From NCBI GenBank assembly GCA_963731255.1, contig CAVSUO010000003.1, forward strand, positions 139,100 through 203,099: a stretch of DNA of 64,000 bases. The letters are read 5' to 3'. This DNA is from an uncultured Actinomycetes bacterium. GTDB taxonomy: Bacteria > Actinomycetota > Acidimicrobiia > Acidimicrobiales > AC-9. A program made the translations under genes and the position numbers. This document shows positions 28,930-40,213 of the stretch, one piece after another. Every line of letters begins with the position of its first letter. Positions within the stretch are counted from its first letter, which is position 1. Under the pieces are notes generated by a model, which worked only from the letters and a program-made list of their open reading frames with translations, did no database searches and was not told the origin of the DNA.

Positions 28930-29909
28930 GCTTTCCCGCCCGGCGACTGCGCCGGCTCCGGCGCCTGCCCGCCCTGCGGCGCATGGTCGCCGAGACGCGG
29001 GTGTCGGTCGACGATCTCGTGGCGCCGCTCTTCGTGCGCGAGGGCATCGACGAGCCCCAGCCGGTCCTGTCGCTGCCGGGCGTGGTCCAGCACACCACCG
29101 CCTCGCTCGTGAAGGAAGCCCGCCGTCTGAGCTCGCTCGGGGTGCCGGCCCTCGTCCTGTTCGGTCTGCCTGCCGCCAAGGATCCGCTCGGCTCCGAGGC
29201 GTGGAACCCCGACGGGGTCACCCAGGTGGCGCTGCGCGAGCTGCGCCACGAGCTGGGCGACGCCATGGTGCTGGTCGCTGACCTCTGTCTCGACGAGTAC
29301 ACCGACCACGGGCACTGCGGGGTGCTCACGACGTCCGGGACCGTGGACAACGACGCCACGCTCGAGCTCTACGGACGGGTCGCCGTGGCTCAGGCGGACG
29401 CCGGCGCTGACATGGTGGCCCCGAGCGGGATGATGGACGGCCAGGTGGGGGCCATCCGCGCCGCGCTCGACGACGACGGTCGGGCGGAGGTCGGCATCCT
29501 GGCCTACGCGGCCAAGTACGCGTCCGCCCTGTACGGACCGTTCCGCGACGCGGTCGACGTCACGATCGCCGGCGGTGGGGACCGGCGCGACTACCAGCAG
29601 GACCCGCCCAACCGCCGTGAGGCGCTCAGCGAGGTCGCCCTCGACCTCGCCGAGGGCGCCGACATCGTCATGGTCAAGCCCGCCCTCGCCTACCTCGACG
29701 TGATCGCCGCAGTGCGGGCCAGGTTCGACGTCCCCGTGGCCGCGTACAACGTGAGCGGTGAGTACGCCATGGTCAAGGCGGCGGGCGAGCGGGGCTGGAT
29801 CGACGGCGCCGCTGTGGCCCTCGAGCACGTGGGCGCCATCAAGCGCGCCGGCGCCGACCTGATCCTCACCTACTTCGCTCCCGAGCTGGCCGAGATGCTC
29901 GGTGATTGA
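28926..29909 (+). CDS. hemB: Porphobilinogen synthase (delta-aminolevulinate dehydratase)
   Basis: RRLRRLPALRRMVAE, DLCLDEYTDHGHCG, MVAPSGMMDGQV, VMVKPA, YNVSGEYAM. Confidence 0.9.
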   Translation: MSFPARRLRRLRRLPALRRMVAETRVSVDDLVAPLFVREGIDEPQPVLSLPGVVQHTTASLVKEARRLSSLGVPALVLFGLPAAKDPLGSEAWNPDGVTQVALRELRHELGDAMVLVADLCLDEYTDHGHCGVLTTSGTVDNDATLELYGRVAVAQADAGADMVAPSGMMDGQVGAIRAALDDDGRAEVGILAYAAKYASALYGPFRDAVDVTIAGGGDRRDYQQDPPNRREALSEVALDLAEGADIVMVKPALAYLDVIAAVRARFDVPVAAYNVSGEYAMVKAAGERGWIDGAAVALEHVGAIKRAGADLILTYFAPELAEMLGD

Positions 29910-31335
29910 GGCACGCCCCCAGGCGACGACGAACGCCGAGCTCTACCAGCGGGCCTGCCGGGTGCTGCCGGGTGGGGTCGACTCACCCGTGCGGGCGTTC
30001 ACGGCCGTCGGTGGTGCGCCCTACTTCGTCGAGCGGGCCGAGGGCGCCTACGTCTGGGACGTCGAGGGCCGTCGTTACGTCGACTACGTCCAGTCGTACG
30101 GAGCTTCCATCCTGGGTCACGCCCACCCCGCGATGGTCGACGCGGTCCGGCGGGCTGCGACCCGAGGCACCTCCTACGGTGCGCCGACCGAGGGAGAGGT
30201 GGTCCTGGCCGAGGTCATCCGCGACCGGGTGCCGGGGTGTGAGCTGATCCGGCTCACCTCGAGCGGCACCGAGGCGGCCATGAGCGCCGTGCGCGTGGCG
30301 CGGGGAGCCACCGGCCGGTCGCGGGTGGTCAAGTTCGCCGGCTGCTACCACGGCCACAGCGACAGCCTGCTGGCCGGCGGCGGCAGCGGGGTGGCGACGC
30401 TGGGGCTGCCCGACTCCGCCGGGGTGCCGCCGGCCGCGGTCGCCGACACCGTCGTCGCCCCCTACAACCGGGTCCCGGAGGTGGGGACCGACGTGGCGTG
30501 CGTGATCGTCGAGCCCGTGGCCGCCAACATGGGCCTCGTCCCTCCGGGCCCAGGGTTCCTCGAGGGACTGCGTCAGGCGTGCGACGCCGCTGGCGCGCTG
30601 TTGATCTTCGACGAGGTCATCACCGGCTTCCGGGTGGCCCCTGGCGGCGTGACCGAGACGAGCGGCGTCGTCCCCGATCTCTGGTGCTTCGGGAAGGTGA
30701 TCGGCGGCGGGCTGCCGGTGGGGGCGTTCGGAGGCCGGCGTTCGACCATGGAGGTGCTCGCTCCCGTCGGTCCCGTGTACCAGGCGGGCACCCTGGCCGG
30801 GAACCCGCTGGCCACGGCGGCGGGCGTGGCCGCCCTGGAGCAGCTGACGCCGGATGCCTACCGCGTCCTCTCCGAGCGCGTGGGGCGCTTGTCGGCAGGC
30901 CTGGCCGAGGCGTTCCGTCACGCTGGCGTTGCCGCCCAGGTCCCCGTGGTGGGGCCGCTGATGGGGCTGTTCTTCCGCGCCGAACCCGTGACCGACTACG
31001 AGGGCGCCCAGGCCGCGGCCGCCGGGGGGCAGTACGCCCGGTTCTTCCACGCCATGCTGGCACGGGGCGTGGCCCTGGCTCCCGGGCCCTACGAGGCCAT
31101 GTTCCCCAGCCTGTCCCACAGCGAGGAGGACGTGGCGTTCACGCTGGAGGCAGCGGCCGAGGTCGCGGCTCGAGCTGGCCAGCGGAGACGCTCCCTCACC
31201 GTCCTGAGCCGCGACCTCTTGAGGAGGAGATCCAGGGCGGCCGCGCTGGCTACGCCAGACGCGCCAGTGCCGCCACGGCCCGGTAGGCGGCCTCGGCCGG
31301 CCCGATCTCGTCGGGCCGCAACAGGTTGGCCATGA
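29902..31335 (+). CDS. hemL: Glutamate-1-semialdehyde 2,1-aminomutase (3' end probably over-extended)
   Basis: GGVDSPVRAF, YVQSYGASILGHAHP, LIFDEVITGFR, FGKVIGGGLPVGAFGG. The last ~45 codons are R/P-rich and overlap the convergent reductase gene. The true stop may be near 31207 in another frame. Confidence 0.85.
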   Translation: MIEARPQATTNAELYQRACRVLPGGVDSPVRAFTAVGGAPYFVERAEGAYVWDVEGRRYVDYVQSYGASILGHAHPAMVDAVRRAATRGTSYGAPTEGEVVLAEVIRDRVPGCELIRLTSSGTEAAMSAVRVARGATGRSRVVKFAGCYHGHSDSLLAGGGSGVATLGLPDSAGVPPAAVADTVVAPYNRVPEVGTDVACVIVEPVAANMGLVPPGPGFLEGLRQACDAAGALLIFDEVITGFRVAPGGVTETSGVVPDLWCFGKVIGGGLPVGAFGGRRSTMEVLAPVGPVYQAGTLAGNPLATAAGVAALEQLTPDAYRVLSERVGRLSAGLAEAFRHAGVAAQVPVVGPLMGLFFRAEPVTDYEGAQAAAAGGQYARFFHAMLARGVALAPGPYEAMFPSLSHSEEDVAFTLEAAAEVAARAGQRRRSLTVLSRDLLRRRSRAAALATPDAPVPPRPGRRPRPARSRRAATGWP

Positions 31336-32533
31336 TGCGCAGGACCCACTCCATCAGGGTGCGGCTGTGCATGCCGGTGCCGACCAGCGCCCGCATCAGC
31401 TGGGGTCGCCCGATGAGCTGCACGAACGCCTGCGCCACCCGGTAGTAGAGCCCGTAGCGGTGCTGGAGCGCCGACTCGTAGGCCCGCAGGGCGTCGTCGT
31501 CGTCGTTGGCGAGCGCCTCGCCGACCGCGACGGCGGCCAGGCGGCCCGTCTCGTAGGCGTAGGCGATGCCCTCACCGTTGAACGGGTTGATCGATCCCGC
31601 CGCGTCGCCCACGACCAGGTAGCCCGGACCGACCCGGGGACCGACGGACAGGCCCATCGGCAGTCGTCCGCCGGTCGGCGCCCCGCAGGAGGTGGCGCGC
31701 GACAGCTCCCAGGAGCTGGGAGCCGTGTCGACGAACGCGGCCATGAGCTCCGTGGTGTTGACGGCCGCCCAGCGGTCGGAGGTGGAGAGCAGCCCGACGC
31801 CCACGTTCACCCGGCCGTCGCCCAGCGGGAAGATCCAGCCGTAGCCGGGCAGGACCTGGCCGCTGCGATCGCGGACGTCGAGGTGCGACTCGATCCAGGG
31901 CTCGGCGTGGCGGGGCGAGCGGTAGTAGCCGCGCAGCGCCATGCCGAGGGCGAGGCCGCGGTCCCGGCTCGTGCCCAGCGCCCGCCCGAACCGGGAGTTG
32001 GCGCCGTCGGACACGACGACGTAGCGGGACCTGATCTCCTCGGTCCGCCCCGTCTCCCGGGTCGCCACCACCGCTCCCCGAACCCGGCCGTCCTCGATCA
32101 CGGGTGCCGCCGCTTCCGTGCCCTGCCGCAGCGCGGCGCCGGCCTTCTGGGCCCGCTCGGCCACGAGGTGGTCGAGATCCCGCCGGGTGACCACGTAGCC
32201 GTGGGCCGGGAGATCGGGGTGGTCGGGCCAGGCCAGCTCCAGCTGGCGACCGAAGGCCAACGCCCGGAGCCCGTCGTAGCGATGGAAGCGGGCCAGCTCC
32301 TGGGTCAGGCCCATGTCGTCGAGCTGGCGCACGGCGCGAGGGGTGAGGCCATCCCCGCACGTCTTCTCTCTGGGGAAGCGCTTTCGCTCGACCAGCGTCA
32401 CGTCGTAGCCGGCATCGGCGAGCCAGTAGGCGCACGCCGACCCCGACGGGCCCGCCCCCACGACGAGGACGTCGTGACGGCGATCGACGGACGTGCTCAC
32501 GGCGACGACTCTACTGGGGCGTCTCGCCCCCAC
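31250..32533 (-). CDS. Geranylgeranyl reductase-family FAD-dependent oxidoreductase (MenJ-like)
   Basis: HDVLVVGAGPSGSACAYWLADAGYDVTLVERKRFPREKTCGDGLTP and VVGDAAGSINPFNGEGI. Confidence 0.8.
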   Translation of the reverse strand: MGARRPSRVVAVSTSVDRRHDVLVVGAGPSGSACAYWLADAGYDVTLVERKRFPREKTCGDGLTPRAVRQLDDMGLTQELARFHRYDGLRALAFGRQLELAWPDHPDLPAHGYVVTRRDLDHLVAERAQKAGAALRQGTEAAAPVIEDGRVRGAVVATRETGRTEEIRSRYVVVSDGANSRFGRALGTSRDRGLALGMALRGYYRSPRHAEPWIESHLDVRDRSGQVLPGYGWIFPLGDGRVNVGVGLLSTSDRWAAVNTTELMAAFVDTAPSSWELSRATSCGAPTGGRLPMGLSVGPRVGPGYLVVGDAAGSINPFNGEGIAYAYETGRLAAVAVGEALANDDDDALRAYESALQHRYGLYYRVAQAFVQLIGRPQLMRALVGTGMHSRTLMEWVLRIMANLLRPDEIGPAEAAYRAVAALARLA

Positions 32534-32631
32534 CCGGGGGCGGCGCCGATCTGACCGCCTTCGAGGGGCCGTGGTACAAAGGCGGCGAGGTCAGACGATG
32601 CCGGCCTCGCCACCAGGGGGGCAGCCCGCCG

Positions 32632-33081
32632 ATGGATAACTACCTGCCGATCGTCTGCATGTTCGTCCTGTCGATTGTCTTCGCTGCGCTCTCGTTCCTC
32701 GCCTCCACGCTGCTGGGACCCAAGCGGCCGACGAGCGCCAAGGCGGCTCCCTACGAGTGCGGCATCGTGCCCGAGCGTGAGCCAGCGGAGCGCTTCCCGG
32801 TGCGCTTCTACATCGTCGCCATGGTCTTCATCGTCATCGACATCGAGATCATCTTCCTGTACCCCTGGGCGGTCATCTTCCGCCAGCTGAACACGTTCGG
32901 TCTGGTCGAGATGGTCCTGTTCGCCGTCGCCGTCCTGCTGTCGTTCATCTACCTGATCAGCAACGGCGCCCTCGACTGGGGACCCGTCAAGCGCCTTCGC
33001 CCCCTGCCGGGCACCACGACCGAGCGCACGACCGACACGACGGTCCGTCGCATCGCCCAGGACACCGGCGAGGCGGCCTGA
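32632..33081 (+). CDS. nuoA: NADH-quinone oxidoreductase subunit A
   Basis: [11 protein letters not shown]...[18 protein letters not shown]. Confidence 0.9.
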   Translation: MDNYLPIVCMFVLSIVFAALSFLASTLLGPKRPTSAKAAPYECGIVPEREPAERFPVRFYIVAMVFIVIDIEIIFLYPWAVIFRQLNTFGLVEMVLFAVAVLLSFIYLISNGALDWGPVKRLRPLPGTTTERTTDTTVRRIAQDTGEAA

Positions 33082-33083
33082 CG

Positions 33084-33629
33084 ATGGGGCTCGAGAGCCT
33101 CAACCACAACTTCCTCACCGGCAACCTCGAGAACCTGGTGAAGTGGGCCCGTCGCAACAGCGTGTGGCCGGCCACCTTCGGCCTCGCCTGCTGCGCCATC
33201 GAGATGATGTCCGCCGGGGCGGCCGACTACGACCTCGCCCGTTTCGGCATGGAGGTGTTCCGGGCGTCGCCCCGGCAGGCCGACCTCATGATCGTCGCCG
33301 GCAGGGTCTCGCAGAAGATGGCTCCCGTGCTGCGCCAGGTCTACGACCAGATGCCCGAGCCCAAGTGGGTGATCTCGATGGGTGTGTGCGCCTCCACCGG
33401 CGGGATGTTCAACAACTACGCCATCGTCCAGGGCGTCGATCAGGTGGTTCCGGTCGACGTGTACACCCCCGGGTGCCCGCCCACGCCGGAGACGTTGCTG
33501 CACTCGATCCTCACCCTGCACGAGAAGATCCGCACCGGCGAGATCACCCGCCGCCGGCGGGCCTCTGGCGCCGGCGCCGAGCTGCAGGTCGAGCAGCCCG
33601 CCCCGGTGCACGTGGGGACGCCCCGCTGA
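33084..33629 (+). CDS. nuoB: NADH-quinone oxidoreductase subunit B
   Basis: [52 protein letters not shown]. Confidence 0.92.
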   Translation: MGLESLNHNFLTGNLENLVKWARRNSVWPATFGLACCAIEMMSAGAADYDLARFGMEVFRASPRQADLMIVAGRVSQKMAPVLRQVYDQMPEPKWVISMGVCASTGGMFNNYAIVQGVDQVVPVDVYTPGCPPTPETLLHSILTLHEKIRTGEITRRRRASGAGAELQVEQPAPVHVGTPR

Positions 33630-34078
33630 TGGCGGCGGTCACCGGCGAGGTCATCCACCCGTCTCGTGACGACTACCTGCAGGTCGTTGCCGGGCTCAAG
33701 GACGAGGGTTTCGAGATGTGCGTCGACGTGTGCGGAGTCGACTACCTCAGCCATCCCGGCCGCACCCTGCCGCCCGAGGTCCATCCCGAGCGCTTCGAGG
33801 TCGTGGTGAACCTCGTCTCGATGGAGCAGCGCCGGCGCATCCGCATCCGGGTGCAGGTGCCCGAGTCCGATCCGACGATCCCGTCCCTGTTCGATCTCTA
33901 TCCCGGCGTCGAGGCCCCCGAGCGCGAGACGTTCGACATGTTCGGGATCCGCTTCGCCGGCCATCCCGACCTGACCCGGATCCTGATGCCCGAGGACTGG
34001 GAGGGCCATCCGCTGCGCAAGGACTACGCCGTCGGGCGGGTGCCGGTGCAGTTCAAGGAAGCCCCCGGACCCCGTTGA
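33629..34078 (+). CDS. nuoC: NADH-quinone oxidoreductase subunit C
   Basis: ATG 33629 overlaps the nuoB TGA. ERETFDMFGIRFAGHPDLTRILMPEDWEGHPLRKDY. Confidence 0.88.
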   Translation: MAAVTGEVIHPSRDDYLQVVAGLKDEGFEMCVDVCGVDYLSHPGRTLPPEVHPERFEVVVNLVSMEQRRRIRIRVQVPESDPTIPSLFDLYPGVEAPERETFDMFGIRFAGHPDLTRILMPEDWEGHPLRKDYAVGRVPVQFKEAPGPR

Positions 34079-34085
34079 GGCCACG

Positions 34086-35430
34086 ATGAGCCACACCGAA
34101 GACGAGAGCCGCCTGGTCGCCGAGACCTCGGAGGGGACCCAGGAGATGCTCTCGCGCGAGGGAACGACCGCAGCCGAGCGGCGCATCGAGGAAGGTGGCA
34201 TCGTGCGAGCGGCCGAGCGGGGCGACGGCCCTCGACGCCGGCGACATCGACATCGAGGTCGGCGAAGACGAGACGATGATCATCAACATGGGTCCCCAGC
34301 ACCCGTCGACCCACGGCGTGCTGCGGATCATGATGGAGCTCGACGGCGAGACCGTGCTGCGGGCCAAGCCGATCATCGGCTATCTCCACACCGGCATGGA
34401 GAAGACAGGCGAGGACCTCACCTACATCCAGGGCGCCACCAACGTGACCCGCATGGACTACCTCTCGCCGCTCCACAACGAGCTGGTCTTCTCGCTGGCG
34501 ACCGAGGCTCTGCTGGGCGTCGAGATACCCGAGCGGGCGACCTGGATCCGGATGCTCATGGTCGAGCTCAACCGCATGTCGTCGCACCTCCTCTGGATGG
34601 CCACCAACGGCATGGACCTCGCAGCCACGTCGATGATGATCTACGGCTTCCGCGAGCGCGAGGTGGTGCTCGACTTCCTCGAGAAGGTCACCGGCCTGCG
34701 CATGAACCACAACTACATCCGCCCGGGCGGCGTGGCCGCGGATCTCCCCGATGGCTGGCAGGACGACGTCGAGGCCATCTGCCAGGCCATCCCGCCCCGG
34801 CTGGCCGAGTACGACGACCTCTTCACGGGCCAGCCCATCTTCCGGGAGCGCACCGAGGGCGTCGGGAGGATCACCGCCGAGGCGGCCATCGCCTCCTCGG
34901 CCACCGGGCCCATCCTCCGGTCCACCGGCGTGCCGTGGGACCTGCGGCGGACGATGCCGTACCTGTTCTACGACCAGGTCGACTTCGACGTGGTGGTGGG
35001 GACCTACGGCGACAGCTTCGACCGCTACGCCGTGCGGCTGAACGAGATCCGCGAGTCGATCCGCATCATCCGCCAGATCGTCAACCGCATGCCGGACGGC
35101 GACTACCGCACGCAGGACAAGAAGGTCACCCCGCCTCCCCGGGCCCGCATCGACGAGTCGATGGAAGCGCTGATCCACCACTTCAAGATCTTCACCGAGG
35201 GCTTCAAGGTGCCCGAGGGCGAGGTCTACGTCGGCATCGAGTCGCCCCGCGGCGAGCTCGGCTGCTACATCGTCTCCGACGGCTCACCCAAGCCCTACCG
35301 GCTCCACATCCGGGCGCCGTCGTTCAACAACCTCCAGAGCATGGCGAACATGGTCCACGGCGGCCTGGTCGCCGACGCCGTCGCCATCATCTCCTCGATC
35401 GACCCGATCCTGGGGGAGGTCGACCGCTGA
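34086..35430 (+). CDS. nuoD: NADH-quinone oxidoreductase subunit D, frame-broken near 34230
   Basis: ATG 34086 lies behind gagg. The N-terminus reads to ...RAAERGDG, then LDAGDIDIEVGEDETMIINMGPQHPSTHGVLR in the 34195 frame (extra c in the ccc run at 34229-34231). The rest of the 411-aa piece is intact. Confidence 0.88.
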
Positions 35431-36061
35431 TGGCCCGCCTCAGCCCCGAGACCGTGGCCCAGGCCCGCGAGCTCATGTCCCTGTACCCCGACTCGCGCTC
35501 GGCGCTGGTGCCCATCTGCCACCTGGCCCAGGCCGAGGAGGGCTGGCTCAGCCCCGAGGCCATGGAGCACATCGCCGAGCTCATGGGCCTCACCCCGGCC
35601 GAGGTGCTGGGCACGGCGAGCTTCTACGAGATGCTGCGCACCGAGCCGGTCGGCCGCTACGTGGTGTCGGTGTGCACCAACATCGCCTGCCTCCTGAACG
35701 GCGCCTACGAGCTGCTCGAGCACGCCGAGGAACGGCTCGGCATCGGCGTCGGGGCGACCACTCCCGACCAGCATGTTCAGCCTCGAGGAGGCCGAGTGCA
35801 TCGCCTTCTGCGACCGGGCGCCCTGCCTTCAGGTGAACCACCGCTTCTTCGGGTCGGTCGACGACGAGCGCTTCGACACCCTGGTCGAGGATCTCGCCGC
35901 CGGCCGCCTCGACGACGACGTGCCGCCCCACGGGGTGCTGTCGCCGGGTGCGCCGCCAGGGCGGGCTCGCCGTGCCCGCCGAGCAGGTCCGGGCCGAGCG
36001 GGCCGAGGCCGACCGGGCCCGGGCGGAGCGCGCCGCGGCCGCCCAGGCCGAGAGGTCCTGA
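35430..36061 (+). CDS. nuoE: NADH-quinone oxidoreductase subunit E, two frame breaks (~35770, ~35945)
   Basis: SALVPICHLAQAEEGWLS, VSVCTNIACLLNG, then FSLEEAECIAFCDRAPCLQVN in the 35773 frame. The tail RVRRQGGLAVPAEQ...AERS-stop is in the third frame. Confidence 0.85.
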
Positions 36062-37368
36062 TGGCGCTCACCGACGCCTCACCGATCGTCACCGCCCGCC
36101 TGCGCCATCGGCGACTCGCACACGCTCGAGCGGTACCTGGCGACCGGTGGCTACGACGGGCTGCGCAGGGCCCTGCGCATGACGCCGGAGCAGGTCGCCG
36201 AGGAGGTGAACGCGGCCAGCCTGCTCGGGCGCGGGGGCGCCGGCTTCCCCGCCGGGCGCAAGTGGTCGATGCTCCGCCCGGCGCCGGTGCGCTACCTGGT
36301 CGTCAACGGCGACGAGAGCGAGCCGGCCACCTTCAAGGACCACCTGCTGATCGAGCGCGACCCGCACGGGATCATCGAGGGCACGCTCATCGCCGCCTAC
36401 GCCAACCAGGTCGACGCAGGCCTTCATCTACGTGCGGGGCGAGTTCGCCCTCGGGCTGGAGCGGATGCAGGCCGCCCTGAACGAGGCCTACCAGCACGGA
36501 GCGGTGGGCCGCGACATCTTCGGGTCGGGCTTCTCGGTCGACGTGGTCGTGCATCCGGGCGCCGGGGCCTACATCGCCGGCGAGGAGACGGCGCTGCTGG
36601 AGAGCCTCGAGGGCAAGCGCGGCCTTCCCACGCATCAAGCCGCCGTACTTTCCCGCCGCCATCGGGCTCTACGGGGAGCCGACCATCGTCAACAACATCG
36701 AGACCATCGCCAACCTGCCGTGGATCATGCAGCACGGCGGACACGCCTTCGCCGCGCTGGGCGAGGGCAGCTCGACCGGGACGCGGATGTTCGCCCTGTC
36801 GGGCCACGTCCGGCGTCCGGGGAACTACGAGCTCGAGATGGCCAAGACGACCTTCCGCGATCTGATCTTCGCCCCCGTGCTGGGCGGCGGCATGCGCCAC
36901 GGCCGCCAGCTCAAGGCCTTCATCCCCGGCGGGGTGTCGGCCCCCTGGTTCGGCCCCGACCAGGTCGACCTGCCCCTCGACCAGGACGCCGTGGGCAAGG
37001 CGGGCTCCATGCTCGGCTCGGGCTCGGTCGTCGTCATGGACGACCAGACCTGCGTGGTGCGGGCGGCCTGGCGCATCGTGCGCTTCTTCTACCGGGAGTC
37101 CTGCGGCCAGTGCACCCCGTGCCGCGAGGGCGCGGGCTGGATCGAGAAGGTGGTCCGCCGCATCGAGGAGGGCTCGGGCCGGGAGCAGGACCTCGATCTG
37201 CTCCTCGACGTGTGCGACAACATCTCCCCCGGTTTGTCGTGGCCGCCCCAGCAGACCACCATCTGCGTCCTGGGGCCCTCGATCCCGTCGTCGATCGTGT
37301 GGGCCATCCGCATGTTCCGGGACGAGTTCCTCGTGCACATCAAGGAAGGCGCCTGCCCGTATGGCTGA
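36061..37368 (+). CDS. nuoF: NADH-quinone oxidoreductase subunit F, three frame breaks (~36100, ~36420, ~36630)
   Basis: [65 protein letters not shown] and [12 protein letters not shown] are spread over four ORF-track pieces. Confidence 0.88.
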
Positions 37369-40213
37369 CACCGCCACGGAGACGCCTCAGCATCGTGGTC
37401 GACGGCCGTCAGGTCGAGGCCCGGCCGGGCGAGATGGTCATCGCGGCCGCCGAGCGGGCGGGCACCTACATCCCGAGGTTCTGCTACCACCCCCGGATGA
37501 AGCCGGTGGGCATGTGCCGCATGTGCCTGGTCGAGATCAGGGGGCCGCGCGGCTACTCCCTCCAGCCGGCCTGCTTCGTCGCCGTGGCCGACGGCCAGGA
37601 GGTGCGCACGACCTCCGACAAGGTGAAGAAGGCCCAGGACGGGGTGCTCGAGTTCCTCCTCATCAACCACCCCCTCGACTGCCCGGTCTGCGACAAGGGC
37701 GGGGAGTGCCCCCTCCAGGACCAGACCCTCACCTACGGTCCCGGAGAGAGCCGCTTCGTCGAGGAGAAGCGGCATTTCGCCAAGCCGATCCCCATCAGCG
37801 GACTGGTCGACCTGGACCGCGAGCGCTGCATCCAGTGCGCCCGCTGCACGCGCTTCGCCGACGAGCACGCCGGCGAGCCCCTCATCAACTTCATCGGCCG
37901 GGGCGACCAGCTCGAGGTGAACACCTACCCCGACCATCCCTTCGCCTCGTACTTCAGCGGCAACACCGTCCAGATCTGCCCGGTCGGCGCCCTCACCGCC
38001 GCGCCCTACCGGTTCAGGGCGCGGCCCTGGGATCTCGAGCAGGTCGAGAGCACGTGCACCTCGTGTGCCGTCGGCTGCCGGGTGGTCGTGCAGTCGTCCT
38101 CCAACCGGCTCACCCGGTACCTGGGCGTCGACTCCGATCCCGGTGAACCAGACGTGGCTGTGCGACAAGGGCCGCTTCGACTTCGAGGCGGTCAACAGCG
38201 ACGACCGCGTCGCCCACCCCCTGGTGCGCAGAGGCGACGAGCTGGTCGAGGTCTCCTGGGACGAGGCGCTGGCGGCGGCCGCCCAGGGGCTGGCCGGGGT
38301 CAAGCACCGGGGCGGGCCGTCGGCCGTCGGCGTCATCGGCGGCGCCCGGCTGCCCAACGAGGACGCCTACGCCTGGGCCAAGCTGGCCAAGGCCGTCATC
38401 GGCACCGATTCGGTCGACGCCCAGCTCGGCGACGGCCTGCCCGCCGAGGTCGTTCTGGGCCTGCCCCGGGCGACCATCGACCAGGCCTGCTCGGCCGACG
38501 CCCTCGTGCTGCTGGCGCCCGACCTGCGCGAGGAGCTGCCGGTGCTGTTCCTTCGCCTGCGGGAGGCGGCGGTCGAGCGGGGCGTGCCCGGTGATCGAGC
38601 TCGCGGCCGTTCCCGACCGCCATGACCCGGTACGCCACCGCATCGCTCACCTACCGTCCCGGGGAGGTGGCGGCGCTGGCCCGTGCCCTCGTTGCGCCCG
38701 ACGCCGCAGCCGGCGATGCCGAGGACCCGCTGCAGGTCGCCCGGGGCATCCTGCGCGGCCGGGACGGCAAGGGCCCCGGTGCCGACGGCACGGGCGTCGT
38801 CGTGGTCCTGGGCCGCCCGTCGGTTGCCGAGTCCGACGACATGGTCGACGAGGCTGCGGCGGCGCTGTTCGGGGCGTGGCCGGAGGCCCGCTTCCTGCCC
38901 GCCCTGCGGCGGTCGAACGTCCACGGCGCCCTCGACATGGGTCTCGCCCCCGGCATCCTGCCCGGCCGGGTCGGCCTGGACGAGGCGCGGGCGTGGTACA
39001 CCGCGGCGTGGGGCGCGGTGCCCGAGGAGCGGGGGCTGGACACCGCCGGGATCCTCTCGGCCGCCGCCGAGCAGCGCATCGAGGCGCTGGTCCTCCTCGG
39101 CGCCGACCCGCTCAGCGACTTCCCCGACCGCCAGCTCGCCCAGCGGGGGATGGCGGGTGCCGGCTTCGTCGTCGCCGTCGACGCCTTCCTGAACGAGTCC
39201 TCGGGGCAGGCCGACGTCGTCCTGCCCGCCGCCATGTACGCCGAGCGTCCCGGCACCACGACCAACCTCGAGGGTCGCATCAGCCGTCTGGGCCAGAAGG
39301 TCGTCGGACCGGGCGTCGACGCGACCCGACTGGATGATCGCCGCCGAGCTGGCCGCCCGCCTCGGGGCCGACCTGGGCATGGACACGCGTGGAGGCCATC
39401 TGGGACGAGATCGAGCGGGTGGCCCCGTCGCACGCCGGCATCACCCGCCGCCTGATCGGCGACCCGCGCGCCGCCGACGGGATCGTGGCTCCGATGCCGA
39501 GGGTGCCGGTCCGGCTCGCCGTCGGCACCGGCCGCCCCGGCGGTGCGGCGCCCGTGCACGCCGGTGCCACCGACACCGGTGCGGGCGCCACCCAGCCCGC
39601 GCCCGGCCCCATCGACCCCATGGCCACGCCGGGCATCGGCGCCATCGAGAGCCAGGGGATCCCCAACATCGCCGGGGCACCACCGACGGCCAACGGCGAG
39701 GTGCCCGGCGTCGCGTCCGACGTCCCGGCGGACGCGGGTCCGGCGCCACGGGCAGGCCCGCCCGAGACGCAACTGCCGGTCGCCGGCCCGTCGCAACCCG
39801 GCGCGCTGGAGTCGGCCACCCGACGTCCCTTCCTCCGCCGACCGCCGCGCTCGTGCGGTTCACCCCGGCCAAGCCGCCGTCGGTACCCGCGCCCGACAGC
39901 TACGCCCTCCGCCTCGTCGCCCGTCACCGCCTGTACGACCAGGGGACCCTGGTCCAGGCCTGCCCCTCCCTGGCCGCCCTCGCTCCGGCACCGGGCCTCC
40001 GGGCCAACCCCTACGACCTCGACCGCCTCGGTGTGCAGACCGGCGGCCGGGTGCGAGTCCGCGGCCGCGAGGCCCTGGTGATGGAGGTGCTGGCCGACAC
40101 CGACGTGCCCCAGAGGCGTCGCCGTGGTCGACCTCGACCTGGCCGACGAAGGTGCGGAAGACCTCATCGACAGCGGCAGGACCGTCACCGACGTGCGCCT
40201 GGAGACCCTCTGA
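37361..40213 (+). CDS. nuoG: NADH-quinone oxidoreductase subunit G, at least 8 frame changes
   Basis: [59 protein letters not shown], plus the molybdopterin-like domain. Breaks near 37385, 38142, 38590, 38615, 39324, 39386, 39800-39845 and 40115. It ends ...DVRLETL-TGA, overlapping the nuoH ATG. A ~110-aa P/G/A-rich linker lies at ~39480-39830. Confidence 0.85.

Noticed and set aside
23915-32631. Search for Rex operator sites (TTGTGAA-N6-TTCACAA type) upstream of rex, hemA and nuoA.
   Set aside because: I found no convincing match by eye in 23915-23934, 24638-24652 or 32534-32631. The only ttgtgac (53871-53877) has no inverted partner.
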